A stretch of DNA of 64,000 nucleotides from an uncultured Clostridia bacterium (GCA_934119935.1 CAKOSX010000005.1:4933-68932), one strand, 5' to 3'. Positions 37,918 to 48,663 are shown, numbered from the stretch's first letter. Notes: a model not told the origin generated them from the letters alone. A program made the numbers and translations.

Positions 37918-38379
37918 TTATTTGTTTTCTTCATCTGATGATTGATCTTCTTTTTCTTCTGTAGCAGCTTCTGTGTTAACTCCTTGTACGTGAACATTTA
38001 CAGCTACAACTTTCAATCCTGTCATACCTTCAACAGCTGTTTTTACTCTGTTTTGAATTTCAAATGCAACGTCTGGAATTCTAGAACCATATTCAACTAT
38101 AATATTTACATCTATTTTTGTTTCTTTTTCTCCAACGTCAACTTTTATACCTTTTGATAGATTTTTTCTTCCACTTAATACTTCTGATATACCACCAGCA
38201 AAGCTTCCTGCCATTGCGTATACACCTGGAGTTTCTGCTACTGCTTTTCCTGCAATTACAGATACAACATCGTCAGCTATTTGAATACTGCTTGTTTCTC
38301 CCTCTGTGTTTTCTATTGTTATCTCACTCTCATTTACTTTCTCATTTTCATTATTTTCCATAATAGTACCTCCATACAT
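37918..38379 (-). CDS. Asp23/Gls24 family envelope stress protein
   Basis: Asp23 core (DVVSVIAGKAVAETPGV, VNVHVQGV). The true start is probably the internal MENNEN. Confidence 0.85.
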   Translation of the reverse strand: MYGGTIMENNENEKVNESEITIENTEGETSSIQIADDVVSVIAGKAVAETPGVYAMAGSFAGGISEVLSGRKNLSKGIKVDVGEKETKIDVNIIVEYGSRIPDVAFEIQNRVKTAVEGMTGLKVVAVNVHVQGVNTEAATEEKEDQSSDEENK

Positions 38380-38453
38380 TTATTATCTCTAATAGTTTTT
38401 TACTATCCATATATAGTATACCAATTTATTTGAAATTTTACAAGTGTTTTTAC

Positions 38454-38762
38454 CTATATTGACACACCATGTTGAATTTCACTTGCCATTTCATTTGCTT
38501 GCTCTTCTTGTTGTCTTAGTTCTTCATTTTTCATCTCTTCATTTTGTATTCTTTCTTGCTCGGCCATCATTGCATTCTGCTCCTCTTCCGGCTTTGTAAT
38601 ATAATCATATGTAATATTAGCCCTTATTTTATCTCTTAAAGATGCTTCATCTGTTATTACTTCTTCCTTTTTAGGTTTTGCAAATTCTACAATTACTGCA
38701 ATTAGCGCAATAGCTAATATTATAATTATTACATTTAAAATTTTGTTTTTATTTTTATCCAT
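38454..38762 (-). CDS. hypothetical membrane-anchored protein
   Basis: Single N-terminal TM helix with a Glu/Gln-rich tail. Confidence 0.45.
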   Translation of the reverse strand: MDKNKNKILNVIIIILAIALIAVIVEFAKPKKEEVITDEASLRDKIRANITYDYITKPEEEQNAMMAEQERIQNEEMKNEELRQQEEQANEMASEIQHGVSI

Positions 38763-38910
38763 CTTTCCTCTCCTTTTCTTATTTTAAGATAATTTTATTT
38801 TAATAAATCATTCAAGTCAATAATTTTCTAAAACTGTAATAAATTTGTAATATTGTCATTATGCCAACAACGTGTTATAATTATATAAGTTTTATTTAGG
38901 AGATTTTATA

Positions 38911-41295
38911 ATGTTACAAAAATATTTAAACAAATTAGAATATGATAAAATTGTTGATCTAGTATCAAATTACTGTTCAACATATATCGGGCAAAATTTT
39001 GCCACAAGCATGCTACCAAGTAATGATTCAGATTTAGTAAAAACAAAACTTTCTGAAACAAATTTGGCTCTTATTTTACTTTTTAGAAAAGGAGAACCTT
39101 CTTTTTCTAACATTACAAATATTGAGGTCTATATAAAAAATCTTGAGAGTTATAATACAATTTCTGCAAAAGCCTTGCTAGATGTTGCTCATGTATTGCA
39201 AACCTCTCGTCTTTTGCATGAATATTTCTTTGCAGACGATTCTTTTGACCTATCTGAATTTAGTTTACTAGAAAATTACTTTTCTATGCTTTATTACAAC
39301 GAAAATATAGAAAAAAATATTTTACGTTCAATAATAGATGAAGATACTATAGCCGATGATGCATCCAAAACCTTACTATCGTTAAGAAAAAATAAACACA
39401 AATTAGAGCAAGATGTTCGTGATAAATTATCTAATTTTATTCACTCTTCGTCATACTCGAAATACATAATGGACTCTATTGTAACAATAAGAAACGATAG
39501 ATTTGTTATTCCGGTAAAAGAAGAATTTAAAGATAATATTTCTGGTGCAATCCTGGATGTTTCTGCAAGTGGCTCTACCGTTTATATTGAACCATCAGCT
39601 ATATTCGAGTTAAATAATAAAATCAATGTAATTAAAGCCGAAGAAGCTATAGAAATAGAAAAAATTCTGAAAAATCTTTCTTTGTCTTTGTTTCCAATTG
39701 CAGACAAATTAAGAGTTGCATTAGAAGCAATAGGTCAAATTGACTTTATATTTGCAAGGGCAAAATATTCGAGGAAAATCGATGGAATACTTCCACAGAT
39801 ATCCGATAAGAAAGAAATACATCTATTAGGTGCCAGACATCCACTTATCAATCCAGATGTTGTAGTTCCAGTTGATATATCTATAGGAGATAAATATACT
39901 TCTTTATTAATTACAGGTCCAAATACCGGCGGAAAAACCGTATCTTTAAAGACTGTTGGGCTATTTTGCCTTATGGCTTGTAGCGGTATTTTGATTCCAG
40001 CAAAAGAAAATAGCAGTGTATTTGTTTTTGATAACATTTTTGCCGATATAGGCGATGAGCAGAGCATTCAAGAATCTTTAAGTACTTTTTCTGCACACAT
40101 GTTAAATATTATCGAAATTTTACATGACGCAACTTCTAACAGTCTCGTACTGGTTGATGAACTAGGCTCTGGAACTGATCCCTTAGAAGGTGCAAGCCTT
40201 GCAATAAGCATTCTTGAGTATTTTCATAATTTAGGAACACTTACTATATGTACAACTCACTACCCAGAGTTAAAGCAATATGCATTAACTCACGACAGCT
40301 TTGAAAACGCAAGTTCAGACTTTGATGTTGAAAATCTACGCCCTACATACAGATTGTTAATCGGTATTCCAGGCAAAAGCAATGCTTTTGCAATAAGCAA
40401 AAAACTTGGACTTCCAGAGGACATATTAAACAGGGCCAAATCATTTCAAAAAGAAGATGATATCAGCATTGAAACACTTCTGAAAAATATTTACGATGAT
40501 AAGCTTGCAATAGAAAAAGAAAAGGAAAAAATAGAAAAGAATTCTAATCAAATAGAGCTTTTGAGAAAATCATTAGAACGAGATAATACCAAATTATCTC
40601 AAGAGGCAGAAAATATAGTTTCTGACGCTAAGCAAAAGGCTCGTGAGATTTTGTTAGATGCAAAAGACGAAGCAAACGATATAATTAAAGAATTGAACAA
40701 AAAATCTATTACAACAAAGTCGGCCAATGAAATGCGAAATAAGCTAAACAACTCCATAAATTCTTTGGTAGACGACGTCAATCCCGTGACAATCAAAGTT
40801 CTCTCTCCTTCTGATATATTTGTCGGAGAGGAAGTATTTTGTAATACTTTTAACGCCAAAGGTACAATTGTCTCTCTTCCAAATAAATCTAAGGAAGTAC
40901 GTGTTCAAATTGGAAGCTTAACGACAAATTTAAAAGTAAATACTCTATCTGCTGTTCCAGGTTCGAATTCAGTAGTTTCATCGTCTAACGAAGCAGGCAC
41001 AAAATCTAAAAGAGGCAATATATCTTTTTCAAAAAACTTTAAAGCTAAAAATGTAGCCTCAGAAATAAATATTATCGGCTTAAATGTTGATGAAGCAATT
41101 CCAATAGTGGATAAATACTTAGATGACTGTTACATGGCGAATTTAGAATCTGCCAGAATCGTTCATGGCAAAGGCACAGGCAGACTTCGTGAAGGAGTTC
41201 ACTCATTTTTAAAGAAACATCCTTATGTAAAATCATATAGAATGGGAACTTACGGCGAAGGCGAAATGGGCGTTACCGTTGTATATTTTAAATAA
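38911..41295 (+). CDS. mutS2: endonuclease MutS2
   Basis: MutS ATPase domain (GPNTGGKT, DELGSGTDP) plus a C-terminal Smr domain (HGKGTGRLR). Confidence 0.95.
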   Translation: MLQKYLNKLEYDKIVDLVSNYCSTYIGQNFATSMLPSNDSDLVKTKLSETNLALILLFRKGEPSFSNITNIEVYIKNLESYNTISAKALLDVAHVLQTSRLLHEYFFADDSFDLSEFSLLENYFSMLYYNENIEKNILRSIIDEDTIADDASKTLLSLRKNKHKLEQDVRDKLSNFIHSSSYSKYIMDSIVTIRNDRFVIPVKEEFKDNISGAILDVSASGSTVYIEPSAIFELNNKINVIKAEEAIEIEKILKNLSLSLFPIADKLRVALEAIGQIDFIFARAKYSRKIDGILPQISDKKEIHLLGARHPLINPDVVVPVDISIGDKYTSLLITGPNTGGKTVSLKTVGLFCLMACSGILIPAKENSSVFVFDNIFADIGDEQSIQESLSTFSAHMLNIIEILHDATSNSLVLVDELGSGTDPLEGASLAISILEYFHNLGTLTICTTHYPELKQYALTHDSFENASSDFDVENLRPTYRLLIGIPGKSNAFAISKKLGLPEDILNRAKSFQKEDDISIETLLKNIYDDKLAIEKEKEKIEKNSNQIELLRKSLERDNTKLSQEAENIVSDAKQKAREILLDAKDEANDIIKELNKKSITTKSANEMRNKLNNSINSLVDDVNPVTIKVLSPSDIFVGEEVFCNTFNAKGTIVSLPNKSKEVRVQIGSLTTNLKVNTLSAVPGSNSVVSSSNEAGTKSKRGNISFSKNFKAKNVASEINIIGLNVDEAIPIVDKYLDDCYMANLESARIVHGKGTGRLREGVHSFLKKHPYVKSYRMGTYGEGEMGVTVVYFK

Positions 41296-41301
41296 TTATA
41301 A

Positions 41302-41343
41302 AAAAATGTTTTTAGAAAGCTTTCACTTACTAAAAACATTTTT
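41302..41343. terminator. bidirectional AT-rich hairpin terminator
   Basis: AAAAATGTTTTTAG/CTAAAAACATTTTT stem between convergent genes. Confidence 0.65.
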
Positions 41344-41356
41344 ATTTATATTAAAT

Positions 41357-41896
41357 TTATTTTGATACAGAATAACTGTAGGCATTTGCTAAATCAATAG
41401 TCGCAGCAGTTTCAAATGTTGTTGTTTCACCAGCAGGAACTTCATCAACATATATTCCAACAGCAAGTACTTCAATACCAGAATCATCTTTTAATGAAAT
41501 AGTTAATATTTCGTCTCCGAGAGTAGCTCTTCCAGTATTTTTTATAGTTCCAGAAATCATAGTGTTGTTATCCTTGCTTGTTATTTGTATTCCTTCAACC
41601 TCTAAGTCTCTTTCGCCATCAACGGTAACTGTTTCTTTCATTTTTTCACTTGTGTTTACTCTGTTACCATTTTCATCATGTGTTATATATTTTTCTTCTC
41701 CATATAATACTTCTGTGTAAACCTCTTGGTATATCTCGTCCTCAGTTAATACTGAGTCTTCCAATGCTACTTTCGTCTTTACCTCTTTATCATTCTTTTT
41801 TATTATTAACAATGTAGAAAACACAATTAATAGAATGACTAATACAGCTATAATTACATATTTAACTCTCTCTTTTTTCATAGGTTCCCCTTTCAT
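41357..41896 (-). CDS. hypothetical membrane-anchored beta-rich protein
   Basis: N-terminal TM helix. The C-terminal ~90 aa is immunoglobulin-like in composition. Confidence 0.45.
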   Translation of the reverse strand: MKGEPMKKERVKYVIIAVLVILLIVFSTLLIIKKNDKEVKTKVALEDSVLTEDEIYQEVYTEVLYGEEKYITHDENGNRVNTSEKMKETVTVDGERDLEVEGIQITSKDNNTMISGTIKNTGRATLGDEILTISLKDDSGIEVLAVGIYVDEVPAGETTTFETAATIDLANAYSYSVSK

Positions 41897-42046
41897 ATAT
41901 TTAAAATTAATATTTACACTTCAATTAAAGCATTAATAAAAATATATGTCAATATTTTATATGAATTTTATTTTTCTTGTTACATGTCTATCATAAGACT
42001 TCCTTATATATATTTTATTTGCACTCTTTTTCAGTTTAGAAATTAT

Positions 42047-43051
42047 TTAATTGTACAATTTTTCCTCCGTCCCCAAAATGTACCCTACATCAATCTTATT
42101 TCCTCTTAGAAAATCAGAAATTGCCATTCTCTTTGAGTTTTCTCCTTGTATTTCAAGCACTTGTAGTATTCCTTCATTCGCCTTTATGTATAAGCCCTTT
42201 TTTTCGTCTGAAAACAATACGGTCCCGGCTTGCATTTTGTTTAAATGGTATTTGTATTCTTCTAATTCTTGAAATTTTTCTAATAATTCATTTTCTGTTA
42301 ATGTTTGTACTTTCCAGAATTTTATCTTTTTGCCGTCTAGAAATGTGTATGCTCCCATTATTGGATTTAGTCCTCTTACGAGATTTTTTATCTCTTGAGC
42401 AGTCTTGTTTTCCCAGTCTATTTTTGCCATTTCTTTAGATAGCATTGGAGCCATAGTTCCTACTTCTGGTTGTTTAGTTCTTGTGGCAGTTCCATTCTCA
42501 ATTTCTTTTACTGTTTTTATTAATAGATTTGCCCCTATCATTTTTAATCTATCCCACAATTCACCAGTAGTTTCATCTTCTCCTATTTCGACTTCTTCTT
42601 TTAATATCATGTCTCCAGTATCCATTCCAGCATTCATAAACATAGTGGTTACACCTGTTTTCTTATCTCCGTTTAGTACAGCCCACTGGATTGGTGCAGC
42701 GCCTCTATATTCTGGCAATAAAGATCCATGAACGTTTACACATCCATATTTTGGAATATCTAATAATTCCTGTGGCAAGATTTTTCCATAAGCCACAACA
42801 CAAATTAAATCTGGATTTAATTTCTTTACCTCCTCCAAAAATTCTGGATTATTTCTAACTTTTACAGGTTGATAAACTTGCAATTTTTTCTCTATTGCAT
42901 ATTCTTTTACAGGAGAAGCTACCATCTTCATTCCTCTTCCTTTTGGTTTATCTACATTTGTAACAACCCCAATTATATCATATTTTGCTTCATATAATGC
43001 TTTAAGCGACTCTAACGCAAAATCCGGTGTTCCCATAAATAAAATTCTCAT
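42047..43051 (-). CDS. fmt: methionyl-tRNA formyltransferase (last ~8 codons and the stop are supplied by a family-A repeat)
   Basis: Full-length Fmt similarity (HGSLLP, RGAAPIQ). The C-terminal ...GTEEKLYN is encoded by the repeat at 42051-42085. Confidence 0.93.
   Translation of the reverse strand: MRILFMGTPDFALESLKALYEAKYDIIGVVTNVDKPKGRGMKMVASPVKEYAIEKKLQVYQPVKVRNNPEFLEEVKKLNPDLICVVAYGKILPQELLDIPKYGCVNVHGSLLPEYRGAAPIQWAVLNGDKKTGVTTMFMNAGMDTGDMILKEEVEIGEDETTGELWDRLKMIGANLLIKTVKEIENGTATRTKQPEVGTMAPMLSKEMAKIDWENKTAQEIKNLVRGLNPIMGAYTFLDGKKIKFWKVQTLTENELLEKFQELEEYKYHLNKMQAGTVLFSDEKKGLYIKANEGILQVLEIQGENSKRMAISDFLRGNKIDVGYILGTEEKLYN
42051..42085. repeat. solo Family-A repeat overlapping the fmt 3' end
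   Basis: TTGTACAATTTTTCCTCCGTCCCCAAAATGTACCC. Confidence 0.85.
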
Positions 43052-43237
43052 ACTCTATTTTTCCTTTCATAACATTCTGATTTTTTGTTTTCCAAATATT
43101 TTTGAGTAAAATTTACACTTTCATTAAACAAAATAGTATTTTCTAAAATTTATCATAATCAAAATTAACTTTTTAATTATTAAGCTACTAACTTGTTTTA
43201 TACAAAATTAGTAGCATTATTCTAGTCAAACTATATT

Positions 43238-43720
43238 CTATTTTTCATCCTCTGGACTAATATATTCTAAAGTTCCTGGAATCATGTTATCAATAAACAA
43301 AACCCCATTTAAATGATCTATTTCATGAGCTAAAGCTTGAGCTAATAAATCTTTTCCAACAATTTTAACTTTCTTTCCTTCTTCATTTAAAGCTTCAACA
43401 ACAACCTCTTTAGGTCTTATTACTTTAGCATACTCGTTTGGAAAGCTTAAGCATCCCTCATCAACTTCTTGTTCTCCCTTTGCCTTAATAATTTTAGGGT
43501 TTACAAGTTTTAGTGGTTCTTCTCCGTCATATAAGTCTATAACTATCACTCTTTTAAGCACACCAACTTGTGGGCCAGCTAGTCCAACTCCATTATATTT
43601 ATGCATGGTTTCAACCATATCATCTAACAATTCTCTTATTCTATCATCAACAGTTTCAACCTCTCTTGAAGTCTTTCTTAGAATTTCATCATTTGATAAT
43701 CTTATCTCTCTTATTGCCAT
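43238..43720 (-). CDS. def: peptide deformylase
   Basis: GVGLAGPQVG, EGCLSFP and HEIDHLNG motifs. Confidence 0.95.
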   Translation of the reverse strand: MAIREIRLSNDEILRKTSREVETVDDRIRELLDDMVETMHKYNGVGLAGPQVGVLKRVIVIDLYDGEEPLKLVNPKIIKAKGEQEVDEGCLSFPNEYAKVIRPKEVVVEALNEEGKKVKIVGKDLLAQALAHEIDHLNGVLFIDNMIPGTLEYISPEDEK

Positions 43721-43832
43721 TCTACTTGCTCCTTTCTCTCATTATAAATATTGATACTTCTATATTTCTTTCCATAGCATTCCATTTTATATTTTATTTT
43801 GTACATTTCACTAGTCATATTTCAAACAGCTT

Positions 43833-46094
43833 TTACAACATATTACTTGGATTTACATCTACAACTATTCTAGTATCATTTTTTGTATTTTTATTTCCAA
43901 CATTTTTTACAGTATCGTCTATTGCATTTATTATCGGTTCTCCCACAATACATTTTACTATTATTCTCCACCTGAATTTATTTTTTATTCTGTCAATTGG
44001 AGCTGGAACAGGCTTGTACAATAATATTTGCAATTTTTCCGTTTGTATTTTTGCCTTCAAACTTTCATATATTTTATTCGAAGTTTCTTCCAATTCTTTA
44101 TACGATTTACTAGAAACTCCAATTAGTATTATATCACAGAAAGGTGGATATCTCAACTGTTTTCTTAGGTGTATTTCTGTATCATAAAATAATTTGTAAT
44201 CTTGTTTTTGTGAATATTGAATACAAAATGCATCTGGATTGTAAGTTTGGATTATTACTCTTCCTTTGTCTTTTCCTCTTCCAGCACGACCGGCAACTTG
44301 AGTAAGAGTTTGAAAAGTACGCTCGTGAGCCCTATAATCATCTATATTTAAGCTACTATCAGCAGCAATTACTCCAACAAGAGTAACATTTGGAAAATCG
44401 TGTCCCTTTACAACCATTTGAGTTCCAATAAGTATATCTATTCCATCTTTTTTGAAGCTATTTAAAATATCTTCGTGTGAATTTTTCTTTGTTACTGTAT
44501 CTATGTCCATTCTGATTGTTGTAGCATCAGGAAACATTGTTTTTATCTGCTCTTCTAGTTTCTGTGTTCCAGTTCCGAAATACCTAATATTCTTGCCTCC
44601 ACATTCTGGGCATACTGTAAGTGCCTTTGTCTCGTAACCACAATAGTGGCACTTTAATTTATTTTCCTTCAAATGATATGTAAGAGTTATGTCACAGTTC
44701 TTGCATTTAGCGGTATATCCACAATCTCTACACATTATGAAAGTAGCAAATCCTCTTCTATTTAAGAATAAAATTGTCTGCTTCTTATTTTTTAAATTTT
44801 CTTCAATCTCGTCATGTAATTTTTGACTAACCATTGTTTTATTACCACTTGCAAGTTCATGGCGTAAATCTACAATTTCTATATCTGGAAGGCTCGCATT
44901 ATTAGCCCTTTTGGTCAATTCTAACAATTCTTTCTTTCCATTTATAGCATCGTGATATGTTGTCATATCTGGAGTAGCACTTCCAAGAACTACTGGTACA
45001 TTATGCTGTTTTCCTAAGTAACTTGCAATCTCTTTTGCACTGTAGCGAGGACTCATCTCAGACTTATATGAATCGTCATGCTCCTCATCAATTATGATTA
45101 ATCCCAGATTTTGGACTGGTGCAAAAATTGCAGACCTTGCTCCTATTACAATTTTGGCATCTCCACGCTCAATCTTTTTCCATTGGTCATATCTTTCACC
45201 AACTGATAATTTGCTATGTAGAACCGCTATTTTTTCTTCACCAAATCTACTCAAAAATCTATTTACAGTCTGAGGAGTAAGCGAAATTTCCGGAACTAGC
45301 ATAATGCTGTCTTTTCCAAGTTTCAACGCCTCTTCTATGAGTCTAATATAAATTTCTGTTTTTCCAGAACCAGTAACACCAAATAGCAAAAATTCATCAT
45401 ATTCATCAAATTGCAAAGAGGCATTTATTTTATCAAAAGCATCTTGCTGTTCCGGATTTAACACCAAATCCTGACTCTTTTCTATAACTTTATGTATAAA
45501 TGGATTTCTCTCTACCTCTTTTTCTACAATTTCAATATAACCATTCTTTTCAAGAGTTTTTAAAACAGCATTCGTTACATCTGCAAACATCTGCAAATCC
45601 GTACTTAATATTTCATTTTCAACATTTTCCACTAAAAATTTCAAGGCTCTAATCTGCTTCTCAGATTTCAACTTTTTACTCTCTATATCTGCCTCAATTT
45701 CGTCCGCTTCTTTTGTTAAGTATACAAAATTTTGTGTCTTATCATTTACTCTATTAGACATGACCTTTGCAGTTGTTCCAGGTGGCAACATTAGCTTCAT
45801 ACAGTCTGAAACATTGCAGAAATATCTATGAGCCATCCACTTTGCAAGCTCAATTTTCTCATCACTTAAATGCAACTTGCTCTCAATCTGAGCAATACTC
45901 TTTAATTTATCTAAATACTCAGAAGTCTCTTTGATTCCAACAATGTATCCTTCTTCAAGCTCCTTCTTATTGCCAAAAGGCAGCAAAACTCTAGCTCCCA
46001 CAATAGCCTGTGCTTCAAGCTCTTCTGGGATAATATAGTCAAATTTTCTATTCAAATTCTTAACATTGCTGTTTATAATAACTTCTGCTATCAT
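43833..46094 (-). CDS. priA: primosomal protein N' (replication restart helicase PriA)
   Basis: Walker A GVTGSGKT, DEEHD box and Cys4 zinc fingers. Start set at MIAEVII, which has an AAGGAG SD; the ORF-track start at 46166 is an upstream extension. Confidence 0.93.
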   Translation of the reverse strand: MIAEVIINSNVKNLNRKFDYIIPEELEAQAIVGARVLLPFGNKKELEEGYIVGIKETSEYLDKLKSIAQIESKLHLSDEKIELAKWMAHRYFCNVSDCMKLMLPPGTTAKVMSNRVNDKTQNFVYLTKEADEIEADIESKKLKSEKQIRALKFLVENVENEILSTDLQMFADVTNAVLKTLEKNGYIEIVEKEVERNPFIHKVIEKSQDLVLNPEQQDAFDKINASLQFDEYDEFLLFGVTGSGKTEIYIRLIEEALKLGKDSIMLVPEISLTPQTVNRFLSRFGEEKIAVLHSKLSVGERYDQWKKIERGDAKIVIGARSAIFAPVQNLGLIIIDEEHDDSYKSEMSPRYSAKEIASYLGKQHNVPVVLGSATPDMTTYHDAINGKKELLELTKRANNASLPDIEIVDLRHELASGNKTMVSQKLHDEIEENLKNKKQTILFLNRRGFATFIMCRDCGYTAKCKNCDITLTYHLKENKLKCHYCGYETKALTVCPECGGKNIRYFGTGTQKLEEQIKTMFPDATTIRMDIDTVTKKNSHEDILNSFKKDGIDILIGTQMVVKGHDFPNVTLVGVIAADSSLNIDDYRAHERTFQTLTQVAGRAGRGKDKGRVIIQTYNPDAFCIQYSQKQDYKLFYDTEIHLRKQLRYPPFCDIILIGVSSKSYKELEETSNKIYESLKAKIQTEKLQILLYKPVPAPIDRIKNKFRWRIIVKCIVGEPIINAIDDTVKNVGNKNTKNDTRIVVDVNPSNML

Positions 46095-46266
46095 GACTGC
46101 TCCTTTTCTTATGGTAAGATTATATAATTTTTTTTGAGGATTCGCAAGATAATTTAGTTTTTTCATTTAAAGAGTAAGTAAAACCCAGGTATATAAACTA
46201 TATACCTGGGTTTATATAATATATTCAATAATTTTTCATAGTTTTTTATAAATAAATTTAAAATAT

Positions 46267-46797
46267 TTATTGTACGTGGTCGATGTAAATTTCTATATAC
46301 TTTCCTTCTTTATCATATCTAACAAATATATCATATCCATTTGACTTTACATATATTTCATAAAATTCTCCATTAGTTTCCGTCTCCCTTAACGACCATT
46401 GACTACCACCTTTTAAAATTTCTACAGTATTACCGGAATTATCTTGTATTGGTTCTTTAAAATAAACATAGCCATCCCTTACTTCCAACTCATCTGTACT
46501 ATAATCCGTCTGTAAATTATAAACCTTCCCATCTTGCCCATAAAACATAAGTTTATCGCCTTCTATTCTTACACCATATTGAAAGCTTTGGTCGATAAAA
46601 TTATCTAGGCTATTTAAGAATTCATTGTCTGATGTTGTTGCATTTGACATAGCATTTCTTGCTTCTTTTGCTTTAGTTATTATTCCATTGTTTCCTAGTG
46701 TCATGTTTATACTAATTCCTGCAAGAATTAATAATACGACTATTGTTACCACAAGTGCAATTAATGTAATACCATTCTTCCCCTTTTGTATTTTCAT
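46267..46797 (-). CDS. prepilin-like N-terminal domain protein (176 aa)
   Basis: GKNG-ITLIALVVTIVVLLILAG helix, then GNNGIITKAKE, the same N-terminal module as 5764-7188. Confidence 0.6.
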   Translation of the reverse strand: MKIQKGKNGITLIALVVTIVVLLILAGISINMTLGNNGIITKAKEARNAMSNATTSDNEFLNSLDNFIDQSFQYGVRIEGDKLMFYGQDGKVYNLQTDYSTDELEVRDGYVYFKEPIQDNSGNTVEILKGGSQWSLRETETNGEFYEIYVKSNGYDIFVRYDKEGKYIEIYIDHVQ

Positions 46798-46910
46798 ATT
46801 TTTCTCCTTCCGTTCAATTTTACTTCATATTATCATAGCAAAAAACTTTTTTCAACATTTTCTCAAAAAAAAGAATGGAACATTTCTTCCATTCCTTACA
46901 TTTTCTATTT

Positions 46911-47486
46911 TTAAAATTCTACATTTTTAACTTTGCTTTCGCTATCAATTATTGCAGTTATTATTTGTATTGTTTTTTCTAAGTCATTATTTTTCAACAC
47001 ATAATCATATACACCAATTTTAGATTCTTCATAATCGAATCTATTTAGACGTAATGTTATTTCCTTTGGATCTGCATCTGGTGTTCTTTCTAATAATCTT
47101 CTATGCAATTCTTCTTTTGGAACACGTAGAAATATAGTAACTATTTTTGTGTCTTTTCCTAATAATTTTACTAGATTCTCTGTTCCATTTACATCGATAT
47201 CTTTTACTATTATTTTTCCACTTTTTAATCGTTCATTTAACAAATGTTTTGATGTGCCATAATAGTGATTATGGTGTACGTCATACTCGTACAAATCACC
47301 ATTTTTTATTAGTTCTTCAAATTCTTGTGTAGAAATAAAATTATATATTTCTCCGTTTACTTCTCCTTCTCTTGGTTCTCTATCTGTATAGGATGGTAAA
47401 GATGTGATATTAGAATTTCTTTTTATTAATTCTCTCTTTATAGTGTCTTTACCCGCACCAGAAACACCTGATAATAATACTAGCAT
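46911..47486 (-). CDS. gmk: guanylate kinase family protein
   Basis: P-loop SGVSGAGKDT, REPREGEVNGEIYNF and YYGTS motifs. Confidence 0.8.
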   Translation of the reverse strand: MLVLLSGVSGAGKDTIKRELIKRNSNITSLPSYTDREPREGEVNGEIYNFISTQEFEELIKNGDLYEYDVHHNHYYGTSKHLLNERLKSGKIIVKDIDVNGTENLVKLLGKDTKIVTIFLRVPKEELHRRLLERTPDADPKEITLRLNRFDYEESKIGVYDYVLKNNDLEKTIQIITAIIDSESKVKNVEF

Positions 47487-47668
47487 ACTTTCACCTTTCC
47501 AGCTTCAATCTCATCTGCTGCTATAGAATCTGGAGCAACATCGTCTGTTTTTACTAGTGGCTCTGCTCCTTGTGCAATTTGTCTTGCTCTTTTTGATGTT
47601 GCAATTACTAACTCGTATCTGTTATCTACTTTTTCTAGTAATTCAGCAACACTTGGTTTTATCATCAT
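47480..47668 (-). CDS. rpoZ: DNA-directed RNA polymerase subunit omega
   Basis: MMIKPSVAELLEKVDNRYELVIATSKRARQI. The ORF-track N-terminal extension was discarded. Confidence 0.88.
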   Translation of the reverse strand: MMIKPSVAELLEKVDNRYELVIATSKRARQIAQGAEPLVKTDDVAPDSIAADEIEAGKVKVC

Positions 47669-47773
47669 AATACAATTACCTTCTTTCCAATTTTCTACTA
47701 TTATAACACGTTTCAGTGAATTTGTCACTTAAAAAACTTAATTTTCTATTATTATGTTTAGTTCAAGCTCATT

Positions 47774-48646
47774 TTATTCTATGTTCTGAACTTGTTCTCT
47801 TATATCTTCTAATTCCACCTTTAGGTCTATTACATCCTTTGTTATTTCTCCGCTTCCTGCTTTTGAGCCTATCGTATTAGTCTCTCTGTTCATTTCTTGG
47901 ATCATAAAATCTAACTTCTTGCCGACTGGACCGTCACTATTGGCTAACTCTTTAAATTGAACTATGTGACTGTTCAAACGGGTTAGCTCTTCTTCGATTG
48001 ATGTTTTATCTGCATATATTACCGCTTCTTGTGCAATTCTATCTTCATCCACAACATCTATTTTTAGTATTTCCTTTACTCTTTTTTCTAGCTTATTCAC
48101 ATATTCCTCAACTATTCCTTTTGAATTTTGAGTTATTTCGTCAACTAACTTTTGAACTCTTTCAATTCTTACTAATAAATCCTGTTTTATATTTTCTCCT
48201 TCATTTCTTCTCATTTCAATTAAATTTTCTATTGCCATATTTAAACATTGCAATAATTCATTTGCTATTTCATCATCGTCATCTGAGTCTATAGAATTTA
48301 ATATATCAGGAAGTTTGGCTATTTCTACCACACTAATATTCTCAGATAAATTATTTTCATCTGCAATTTCTCTTAATTGTGTAATATATTCTTTAGCAAT
48401 TTCTTTATTTAGTACAATATTTTTAGACTTGCTACTAAAGTCAAAAAAGCTTATGGAAACATCAATTTTTCCTCTTGTTATTTTGTTCGCAATTTGCTTT
48501 CTAATTTTATCTTCCATAAAACTAAATCTTTTTGGAGCTTTAACTGTTATATCACTGTATTTATTGTTTACAGTCTTTATTTCTATTACGTAATTTCTAC
48601 CATTACTTTCTAAAGTAGCTCTGCCAAAGCCTGTCATACTTTTCAC
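47774..48646 (-). CDS. YicC family stress-induced protein
   Basis: MTGFGR N-terminus and C-terminal DUF1732-like motif (EMNRETNTIGSKA). Confidence 0.88.
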   Translation of the reverse strand: MKSMTGFGRATLESNGRNYVIEIKTVNNKYSDITVKAPKRFSFMEDKIRKQIANKITRGKIDVSISFFDFSSKSKNIVLNKEIAKEYITQLREIADENNLSENISVVEIAKLPDILNSIDSDDDDEIANELLQCLNMAIENLIEMRRNEGENIKQDLLVRIERVQKLVDEITQNSKGIVEEYVNKLEKRVKEILKIDVVDEDRIAQEAVIYADKTSIEEELTRLNSHIVQFKELANSDGPVGKKLDFMIQEMNRETNTIGSKAGSGEITKDVIDLKVELEDIREQVQNIE

Positions 48647-48663
48647 TTTCTATCTCCCCTTTA

